From contig JBBQED010000001.1 in NCBI GenBank assembly GCA_038320345.1, positions 194,357 through 258,356 of the forward strand: a DNA stretch of 64,000 nt, in the 5' to 3' direction. This document shows, piece after piece, positions 29,501-35,747 of the stretch. The position numbers and the translations under genes were made by a program. The stretch comes from Bacteroidia bacterium (GTDB lineage Bacteria; Bacteroidota; Bacteroidia; AKYH767-A; OLB10). Position 1 is the stretch's first letter. Each line of letters begins with the position of its first letter. Under the pieces are notes generated by a model. The model saw only the letters and a list, made by a program, of their open reading frames with translations. It was not told where the DNA came from and did no database searches.

Positions 29501-30166
29501 ACCAATGGAGGAACTACTACTCAGCCGCAGGTATCCCGTACCGGACTAACACTTGCTCAAGTTGCCAATTCCTTTTTTATCGGCTCCGTTAGCTTTGTCA
29601 ATTCTCCATTGCCCATTGAATTAATCTCGTTTGATGCTCAGTTAAAGAATGACAAAGTTAAAATCAATTGGGTAACTGCCTCTGAAAGTAATAATGCATG
29701 GTTTGTGATTGAGAAATCAATTGATGGCCTAAATTATGAACTACTGGAAAAAATAAAAGGTGCAGGAAATAGCAGTTCTGTAAATTCTTATACAGCATCT
29801 GATGAAAATCCATCCATAGGGCGTTCAGCTTATCGTTTAAAACAAATTGATTTTGATGGTAAAATAAATTTGTTTGCCCCTGTGTGGATCTTTAATAATA
29901 GAATAAACACAAATCAAATTACATTATTTCCTAACCCCAACGATGGAACTGGAATTAATGTAACAATTTACTCTGATCGAATTCAAATGATGAACATTAC
30001 TATTTACGATGTGGTAGGTAAGTTAGTACTTAGTGAAAATGTGAAGTTGATCCCCGATCAAAATGTAATTACGGTTAATCCACCTGAAAAATTAAAACCC
30101 GGTATATACTTTCTAACTGCCGATCTTGACTCCAAACAATTTAATTCAAGATTGCTGATTAAATAA
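23552..30166 (+). CDS. giant Thr/Asn/Gly-rich repeat fibre/adhesin with T9SS type A C-terminal sorting domain
   Basis: The ORF is 2204 aa with a GTG start and a hydrophobic signal-like segment 'FFSIIVLVLLLTLPQLVLA'. The N-terminal motif is 'WETDVNWSLGHRPTNSEDAVIPA'. Ten tandem 101-aa units follow. The C-terminus is 'LFPNPNDGTGINVTIY...ITIYDVVGKLV...GIYFLTA'. Confidence 0.85.
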   Translation: MKQVKTKIKLLSPVLQKTEILKYKFFSIIVLVLLLTLPQLVLATTVNTLNSSGAWETDVNWSLGHRPTNSEDAVIPANISVNINSAAICASLTIGDGNFSSAVTINGSNSLTTTLAGGGTGDLSFNTTNNSNSYSLSAGAGSIVIAGTVLSGGNNGGSITVSTGSISFINAAGMTWGTAINLTVSGAGSASFTGPLNLSTSSAGSTTFLLTSTGNFTFNGLVTQSDATYTLSNTTTAGTINFNGGYNFSAGAFTTLSGETINFAGNLTVTDTPINFASGSNTVFTGSATITPLATVAFGNFRINSGVTVTAAGDLSVIGNWTNNGGTFTPGINTVTFNGTAAQAINGTSPSQSFYNITLGLTAGQALSVSGSTTTLTTQNFTQTTGDFSAGTATSVNINGNLTIASGTYTPGTTTNITGDFSNAGTYTAAATKTIAFVGASNSTVTGLGTYTIFNFTLNKSSKTTIVDLQSANFITGINTGNVYNFTFTQGTLKYNNSATLTDCHNNGVTTALTIPFNVVIESNAGTMNLCKSGTMTGTASNVVLSGALYINGGSVLVLRSTTTVDFQYRVNGGTPQLYITSGNLSLGGGFNYNPTTAVDYIDFSMTGGTVNTGTTPTNLATFALGNYTGGKTNMTGGIIYLEDATTGNYPDIDLGGSNVSPYNVSGGTVQFGTAGTAGSTIFAFQAYSSTNYPHFLLASGIAKQVVVFNNSDYKVLSLTISSGMTFDNRDYLTSTDNHRMTIMSNNGSSSFSNSGTFTPRTGTIEFTGTANQIINGSNATLTLYNVIINNSGGAGTSIAGSITTFNTQNFTETAGNFNPGTAATMTITGNTTLTSGTFTAPTTLNVKGNWTNNGGTFSPGTNTVNFTGTATQSITGTSSSETFYNVVLAKTAGQVLNTAGSISSITTNNLTMTTGNFTAPATLNINATSNSLLTLTAGTFTAGTTININGNWTNNGGTFTPGTGTVNFTGTGTQNINGTATAQTFYNLVVAKTSGQLLTPNGSTTTLTTQDFTATSGNFTAPATMNINGNYTLMDGTYTAGSNTNVKGDWSHSSSGTALFIPGINSVTFNGTGAQSIKGTATSETFYNVIVNKTAGTLLNTSGNITSITTNNFTNTLGNFTAPATLNITSTSTSALTMTTGTFTAGATININGNWTNNGGTFTPSTNTVNFTGTAAQSINGTTAAQNFYNVVVLKTAGQLLNTGGSVTSITTNNLTVTSGNFTAPATLNINSTTASNLTLTAGTFTAGTTVNITGDWINNGGTFTPGTNTINFVGTGSQSIRGTAASQTFYHVVVNKTAGQLLNTAGSTTTLTTQNLTNTQGNFTAPATLNINGNYTLTDGTFTAGTTINSKGNWTHASIGSAVFSPGTNTVNFSGTGAQTINGTATSETFYNVIIAKTAGQLLNTGGSIITITTNNLTETTGNFTAPTTLNINATSTASLLLTAGTFTAGTTVNINGDWTNNGGTFTPSTSTVNFTGTGAQSIKGTAVAQTFYHVNVAKTAGQLLNTSGSTVTLTTQNLSQTTGNFTAPSTLNINGNLTIADGTFTAGTTINAKGDWVHNSGVSALFTPGLNTVNFTGTGTQQLKGTAISETFYNVVINKTAASLLNSSGSIATMTVNNLTNTQGDFTAPATLTINGNYILTNGTFTAGANINIKGNWTHATLASAIFSSGTGIVSFIGTGAQTINGTKTSETFSTLEINKTIGTTLNTGGSVVTINTLNLIQTQGNFTAPATFTANGDLTLTTGTFTAGATMNIKGNWNNNGGTFTPGTNTVNFNGSANAQTIGGSSATTFYNINTNNTYTTSPQFTIGINTTISNQFTMTAGEINLSTNTLTLGTSAAAPGSLVCTPSSSNFMGGGNFKRWFNTTTIAAGNVRGLFPMGTISGDYYAPMYLSTPVSAPTTGGTITASFTDASTKTDVNITDGASTIERRNDANWTMVTANGLAGGTYNLVAERTFCAICVGDVNDLRLMLANSVVGTAGTNGGTTTQPQVSRTGLTLAQVANSFFIGSVSFVNSPLPIELISFDAQLKNDKVKINWVTASESNNAWFVIEKSIDGLNYELLEKIKGAGNSSSVNSYTASDENPSIGRSAYRLKQIDFDGKINLFAPVWIFNNRINTNQITLFPNPNDGTGINVTIYSDRIQMMNITIYDVVGKLVLSENVKLIPDQNVITVNPPEKLKPGIYFLTADLDSKQFNSRLLIK
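25835..28864 (+). repeat. ten in-frame tandem repeats of 294-306 nt (98-102 aa)
   Basis: Unit starts were mapped by eye at 25835, 26135, 26441, 26744, 27050, 27356, 27659, 27965, 28268 and 28571. The consensus is 'TNTVNFTGTGAQSI.GTA...TFYNV...KTAGQLLNT.GS.T..TT.NLT.T.GNFTAP.TLNING...LT.GTFTAGTT.N..G.WT....G.F.PG'. More diverged copies lie at about 24394-24850. Confidence 0.9.
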
Positions 30167-30172
30167 CATTGA

Positions 30173-30202
30173 AGCCTGACCAAATGGTCAGGCTTTCTTT
30201 TT
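30173..30202 (+). terminator. rho-independent terminator
   Basis: A 9-bp stem AGCCTGACC/GGTCAGGCT with loop AAAT is followed by TTCTTTTT. It starts 7 nt after the stop at 30166. Confidence 0.85.
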
Positions 30203-30397
30203 AAGATAATAAAGTTGAACTTGTATTTTAATTTTTAATGCGGCAACAGATCAAAATCTTAACCTGTTCTTTTAAATAACTATACCTCAATTATTAATTT
30301 AATCGGATTTGATTTTTTTTAGATTGACTACCTGCATTTTTCTTTTTCCTCCCTATTAGTCAAGACTTAATTTATGGTCAGATTGGATTGTTTACAA

Positions 30398-32152
30398 TTA
30401 ATCTTGCTGTTCCAGAAGCGGTAATCTAACTATAAAAGTACTTTCCGTTTTACTAAACTCCGGATGTATTTCCGTAAAATAAGAATATCGGGATTTTATA
30501 TTTGCTATTCCTACGGAAGTAGACTTAACTACATTGATTTTCTCCTGCAAATTATTCTCAATGACCAGGTAGGGCTTTGAGCAGTACAGTTTAATAAACA
30601 ATGGATCTGCTTTTGAGATAAGATTATGGTTCAAGGCATTCTCTATGGCGATCTGAATACTGAAAGGAGGGAGCTTCATCATCAAAAATTCTGGATCTAT
30701 GTTTTTAATAATCTTGAGACTATCTCCAAAACGCGTTTGTTGAAGGAAAAAATAAGATTCGGCATGTTCTAATTCTTGCTTTAATGTAATAAGATTCTGC
30801 TCTTTCAATTCCAATACCGTCCTGTATAACTTTGAAAAAGCGTTTGTAAATGCAACGGCTTTATCGGTATCAATTTCGATAAGATAAGAAAGGGAGTTAA
30901 GCGTATTAAAAAGAAAGTGCGGGCTTACTTGGCTTTTTAGAATTTCAAATCTGGCTAACACATTCTCACTTTGCAGATATTCGTTATTTTTTTCAAGGGC
31001 AAGCTTCTCACTCTCAATAAGCTGTTTTTCTCTAGCAAGCAAGGCAAAATTCTTCTTTCTCAATAAAAAGTTTCTGTAAAGAATAAAGAAAAGTACTGCA
31101 ATCAGTCCGATAATTACCACCATAATATTTCTGAAAAAACGAACTCTTTCTGTTTTTAGATCAGCAAGGTTTTTACTGATTTTCAGATTTTCAATTTCCT
31201 TGTCTTTTAAAGAAATTTTAAACTTCGTTTCGGCTTCTGCAATATTTTCTTGATTTTCTTTTGTATGCAATTCCTCTCTTAAAACCTTAAGTCTATCGAA
31301 ATAAAACATCGCGTTCTTCGAGTCATTCATTGTAAAATACAAGTCGATGATGTTCTCACAAAAAGCAATTTGTAATTCCAACGATTCAATAGCTTCGGCG
31401 GCGGTCCCTCCCAACTTAAAATAATATAGTGCTTTATCCAGCATCTTATTATCTAAATACAGCCCTCCCAACGATATTCCAATTCTTGCTAGCTGATCCT
31501 GACTATTGGTTTTCTTTTGATAAGCGAGCGCTTGTAGCTCAAATTTTTCACAATTTTTAAAATCCTCCAGCCTGCTGTAACAAACACCAATATTATGATA
31601 TACTACTCCGATCTGGTAATCGTCACGGGGAGATATATTATAAGGTAAAGCCTTCTTATACATTTCAATCGCCAATTCAATTTTATCAGTATAGTCATAC
31701 GTAACGCCTAAGTTGGTATAAACAATATTTAACATTACCGAATCGGATGGATCGACAAGTTTAAGTGCCTTTTTATAATATCCATTGGCTTCTTCAAATT
31801 GTGTTGTCCGAATTAACACTCCTCCAATACTATTGAGCATCCTTGTTTCCCCTTCTCTGTTTCCCAGCCTCACATAAATATCATATGCCTGACTAAATGA
31901 TTTAATGGCTTCCCCATATTTTCCTGTGTTGCGTTTTGCATGTCCCTTTACATCGAGAAAACGTGCGTACTTAAGACTATCGTTTTTTGCTAGAAACCCA
32001 TCTTCCATTGCCTCTACAACACTGTCTACGTAGGCGGGTTTAACTGCTGAAAGCTTTTTCAAACTATCCAATAATGTGATTTCAACAGGACCTCCCTTTG
32101 CATGAAAAAGAGTAATAAACAGATAAATCAGACTCAAGACTATCTTTCTCAT
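30398..32152 (-). CDS. TPR-domain sensor histidine kinase of the LytS/His_kinase (LytTR-partner) type
   Basis: The architecture is an N-terminal signal/TM, TPR-like repeats, a coiled coil, the TM 'MVVIIGLIAVLFFILY', then 'LKSQVSPHFLFNTLNSLSYLI' and a short ATPase-like C-terminus. Confidence 0.85.
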   Translation of the reverse strand: MRKIVLSLIYLFITLFHAKGGPVEITLLDSLKKLSAVKPAYVDSVVEAMEDGFLAKNDSLKYARFLDVKGHAKRNTGKYGEAIKSFSQAYDIYVRLGNREGETRMLNSIGGVLIRTTQFEEANGYYKKALKLVDPSDSVMLNIVYTNLGVTYDYTDKIELAIEMYKKALPYNISPRDDYQIGVVYHNIGVCYSRLEDFKNCEKFELQALAYQKKTNSQDQLARIGISLGGLYLDNKMLDKALYYFKLGGTAAEAIESLELQIAFCENIIDLYFTMNDSKNAMFYFDRLKVLREELHTKENQENIAEAETKFKISLKDKEIENLKISKNLADLKTERVRFFRNIMVVIIGLIAVLFFILYRNFLLRKKNFALLAREKQLIESEKLALEKNNEYLQSENVLARFEILKSQVSPHFLFNTLNSLSYLIEIDTDKAVAFTNAFSKLYRTVLELKEQNLITLKQELEHAESYFFLQQTRFGDSLKIIKNIDPEFLMMKLPPFSIQIAIENALNHNLISKADPLFIKLYCSKPYLVIENNLQEKINVVKSTSVGIANIKSRYSYFTEIHPEFSKTESTFIVRLPLLEQQD

Positions 32153-32461
32153 TTGTAGCAGTACAGGTTAAAAATGATAAGGTGGATATGGGTAAGGCAA
32201 CACATAGACACCTTCGGCTTATGCAAATATAAAACTTAACATGAAAATCAAAAAAATATCCCTCTTCCCTTCTTTTTATGTGATTGTGTTATGGTTTATT
32301 CTTTCGTTAGCCTCTTTTTAGCCTCTTAGCTCTCCTGTAAACAGCTACATAGCAAAAACAATTTGGAAGGAATAAATAGTACTCAATTCTTTTATGTATT
32401 TTAGTAATTGGGCCGATTATCGTATTCTTACTTTAAATTTTTAAACCTAATAATTTTAACC

Positions 32462-33433
32462 ATGAATCCAATCTGGTCATCGATTGTGCTCCGTACATCT
32501 CTTCGGCACAAAAAAAATTTAAACCGTGAAAAAATTTCAAATTATGAGTTAGCCAAGGGATTGCGTGCCTTTCAAACCACAACGTTTGAAATTATTAAAG
32601 ATCTTTTTTTAATTACAATTGGTATATTTTCTGCGGCTTTTGGGTTCAAAGGTTTCTTACTTACCAATCAATTTATAGATGGAGGCGCAACCGGGATTTC
32701 ATTACTTTTAACCAATATTTTTTCAATTCCACTTTATCAGTTTATCATTGCTGTTAATGTTCCCTTTATCATTCTTGGATATAATATCATTGGGAAAACC
32801 TTTGCATTAAAAACTACTATTGCCATCGCAGGCTTAGCGCTGGTACTGGCAACTGTTACTTTTCCTAATGTGACTAATGATAATTTACTAGTAGCGGTCT
32901 TTGGTGGCTTTTTCTTAGGCGCAGGCATTGGATTAGCTGTTAGGGGTGGTGCTGTAATTGACGGAACAGAAGTGCTCGCAATTTATTTGAGTCGAAAAAT
33001 CGGAACCACAATGGGGGATATAATCATTATAATCAATGTTATAATTTTCTCGGTGGCGGCATATTTTCTATCGATAGAGATAGCATTATATTCTATGATT
33101 ACTTATCTGTCCGCTTCAAAAACATTAGATTTTATCGTAGATGGAATTGAAGAATATACCGGAGTTACCATCATCTCTGTCCATAGTGATGATATCAGAA
33201 ATATGATCATTCATCGTATGGGTAGAGGTGTAACAATTTATGAAGGAAAAAATGGTTACGGTAAACGAGGAGAACTACGTGAAATTGAGATTATTTATAC
33301 CGTTGTCACGCGACTGGAGTTAAATAAATTAAATGCTGAAATAAAAATGATCGATCGTTACGCTTTTGTAGTAACAAGTGCTGTTAAAGATACGCATGGG
33401 GGAATGATCAAAAAACGACCATTGCAACATTAA
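32462..33433 (+). CDS. YitT-family membrane protein with C-terminal DUF2179 domain
   Basis: 'GFKGFLLTNQFIDGGATGISLLL' and 'GGAVIDGTEVLAIYLSRK' match the family. The soluble C-terminus is 'GVTIISVHSD...GVTIYEGKNGYG'. The track start at 32408 is TTG; the first ATG is 32462. Confidence 0.8.
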   Translation: MNPIWSSIVLRTSLRHKKNLNREKISNYELAKGLRAFQTTTFEIIKDLFLITIGIFSAAFGFKGFLLTNQFIDGGATGISLLLTNIFSIPLYQFIIAVNVPFIILGYNIIGKTFALKTTIAIAGLALVLATVTFPNVTNDNLLVAVFGGFFLGAGIGLAVRGGAVIDGTEVLAIYLSRKIGTTMGDIIIIINVIIFSVAAYFLSIEIALYSMITYLSASKTLDFIVDGIEEYTGVTIISVHSDDIRNMIIHRMGRGVTIYEGKNGYGKRGELREIEIIYTVVTRLELNKLNAEIKMIDRYAFVVTSAVKDTHGGMIKKRPLQH

Positions 33434-33623
33434 AAGTAGTCGTGATTTACATTTTAAAAGAAATAAATATTTGTCTACTTGACTAAATTTTCCAAGCTAA
33501 AAAAATTTGCTAAACTATGTTTCAACCAGTATGATTTTTTGTATTGATTAACAGTAAATCAGTGAGGGATCAATCCTCTTTTTCCAATCGTTCCGAATTA
33601 ATCTTCTACGGAATAAGTCGCTG

Positions 33624-35624
33624 CTAAATATTCTCCTTATCAACTTCTATAGATTCAGAACGTGTAGGAAATATAAATGAAAATGGCATGGCGCGGAAAT
33701 AGGCCCTTAGTGAAAATAATAGATTTTTCATCCTCTTCACATTTAAGCTCCGCGATCGTACTGCTATATAAATGGCCGATCCAAAACTAACAAAGAGGTT
33801 GATAAGCCCCATTAATATAAGTGAGAGACTTACTTCAATCAACAAATTGGAATCAATAGGAAAGTTACTTCCTTGTAAGGATAGTCCAAATACTCCAGTA
33901 GAGAGTGTTACGTGCCGTACATCAAAAGGAAGTCCGAGCAACTTCCCAAACATTCCAGCAAAACCAAGAAAAAATCCTAGATAAACGTTACCTAATATTA
34001 CTCCAAGATTGTTCTTTAGATAAGAGCCGATTTTATGTAGGCGGTTTTCACTAAATATTTTTATCAGGAAGGGATGCTGACGAATTCGTTCAGGAATTCG
34101 ATCATAAATCACTTTGTTATCATAATACCCGGCAATCAAACCACCCATCATCAAAAACACACCGGCAATTGCAGCATAAAAGAGGGAACCGGTTTCCCAA
34201 GGATGTAAACTCTGCATCATTTCATGTGATTCCTCTGGAGTAGTGAGATTAGATCCCATCACTGAAAAGTAAATCCAGCCCAATAAAAAAGTAAATGGTA
34301 AAACAACAATAATGTTTCCAATGAGTGATATAAACTGTGCTCTCGAAATTTCCGAAATTAATTTTACGGTTTTTAACATCGATTTATCTACCGTCACTTG
34401 ATCATCGATGGAAGCAGCAATAGTATTAGCCGTTAATGCTGGCTGTTTAGTAGCAAGTGTAAAATGAAGAAAATGAATCAGCACAAACCCTACAGCGTAA
34501 ATTAAACTATAAAGAAGTGCTTCCCAAAAAGCAGGAAACTCTGCATGATGTACAAACACTTTTAGGATTACTAAAAAACTTACGATAAATCCACCGCCCA
34601 ATGCGCCTCTGAACATTGCATTATACTCTTTCCAATTCGAAGCACTGTAATGCTCGCCTTTATGTGAAGTATGTTCTGTTATTTTATAAGCGATTAAACT
34701 GAGATTATCATTGATATGTTTGCGAATACTAAACCGCTTATTCTCTGCTTGAATGGATTCCTTTGTAAAAAGCAAAAGCTGCTCTGTAAAAAGATCCTTG
34801 TCCCGGAGTTCAATCAGATTTAAAATGACTGTAAGCCTTACAATGTGCTGCTCCAATCGCAACATTAAATAAGCTAGCTGAATACTGATGCCGTACTTGT
34901 CTTTATGTTTATGTAGCTCATTAATGCTTTCACGGCATTGAGAACACATTACTAAAATCTGTCGATAATCTTCATCGTTACGATTGATGTACGAAGGATC
35001 TTCTTTGAAATAATGTACATACTGCTGGACTTCTTTGTAAAGCCCAAAGAATGGAGATTGCAAGTCTTCTGTCTGAGGCAGTTTGTTCAATACTTCCGGT
35101 TCCAATCCGATAGCGGTAACACGCTGTGATAGTACCATCATCGCATTAAGCAAAAAATTCAAATTCTTTTGGTCCCAGAAAGAAGCATCTGCATTTATAC
35201 CGATCGCATTAATAAAATTAATCCATACAGTTTCATCGATGTTTTCAATATTACGAAAATCGCTTTTATTGTAAAATATTTTTCGAATGAGAAACTGTGT
35301 GTTCTCTGGTTCTTCCAGTGGTGGAAGAATTTTAAATTTTAAACGCTGAAAGATCTCTGTGAAAAAACCATGTCCTGTAAATATTCCGGTTTCCGTATAA
35401 AAAGTTAACGGATTATAAGAACTGTATAAATCAATAAGAAATCTACGTAAAGCTGTTGCAAGTTTTGGCTCTTGCAACAGTAATGTAGTTAACTCAATAA
35501 TTTTTTTAGTAGTAGAAGTTGAATTCCCCGAATGAATCCCCAACTCATTAATCAGATCTATCAGTATGGAGGGATCCGCATTCTCTTCAGACTGAATCTT
35601 CTCTAGCAATTCACGTATTCTCAT
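33624..35624 (-). CDS. 666-aa protein with a soluble N-terminal half and a polytopic C-terminal half; possibly the family annotated 'site-specific recombinase transmembrane protein' (Gcr-like), true function unknown
   Basis: The ORF is long and clean. About 330 helical soluble residues are followed by at least 6 hydrophobic helices (FIVSFLVILKVFV, LLYSLIYAVGFVLIHFLHF, LIGNIIVVLPFTFLLGWIYF, LFYAAIAGVFLMMGGLIAGY, VILGNVYLGFFLGFAGMFG, LSLILMGLINLFVSFGSAIYI). The family name is a recollection, not a match I could verify. Confidence 0.4.
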   Translation of the reverse strand: MRIRELLEKIQSEENADPSILIDLINELGIHSGNSTSTTKKIIELTTLLLQEPKLATALRRFLIDLYSSYNPLTFYTETGIFTGHGFFTEIFQRLKFKILPPLEEPENTQFLIRKIFYNKSDFRNIENIDETVWINFINAIGINADASFWDQKNLNFLLNAMMVLSQRVTAIGLEPEVLNKLPQTEDLQSPFFGLYKEVQQYVHYFKEDPSYINRNDEDYRQILVMCSQCRESINELHKHKDKYGISIQLAYLMLRLEQHIVRLTVILNLIELRDKDLFTEQLLLFTKESIQAENKRFSIRKHINDNLSLIAYKITEHTSHKGEHYSASNWKEYNAMFRGALGGGFIVSFLVILKVFVHHAEFPAFWEALLYSLIYAVGFVLIHFLHFTLATKQPALTANTIAASIDDQVTVDKSMLKTVKLISEISRAQFISLIGNIIVVLPFTFLLGWIYFSVMGSNLTTPEESHEMMQSLHPWETGSLFYAAIAGVFLMMGGLIAGYYDNKVIYDRIPERIRQHPFLIKIFSENRLHKIGSYLKNNLGVILGNVYLGFFLGFAGMFGKLLGLPFDVRHVTLSTGVFGLSLQGSNFPIDSNLLIEVSLSLILMGLINLFVSFGSAIYIAVRSRSLNVKRMKNLLFSLRAYFRAMPFSFIFPTRSESIEVDKENI

Positions 35625-35681
35625 ATTTAGTTGGCAACCTTACTTAAAAAGAGTAAAGTTACCCTAAAAAGATGAATCTAG

Positions 35682-35715
35682 AATTTTAGTTTCTCCAATT
35701 GGAGAAACTAAAATT
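35682..35715. repeat. 34-nt perfect palindrome
   Basis: AATTTTAGTTTCTCCAATTGGAGAAACTAAAATT was checked base by base: 17 of 17 pairs match. It lies 32 nt past the stop of the minus-strand gene ending at 35748 and 57 nt upstream of the minus-strand ATG at 35624. Confidence 0.9.
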
Positions 35716-35747
35716 AGAACTCCAATTTGATTTTCGTGCTTAGTACA

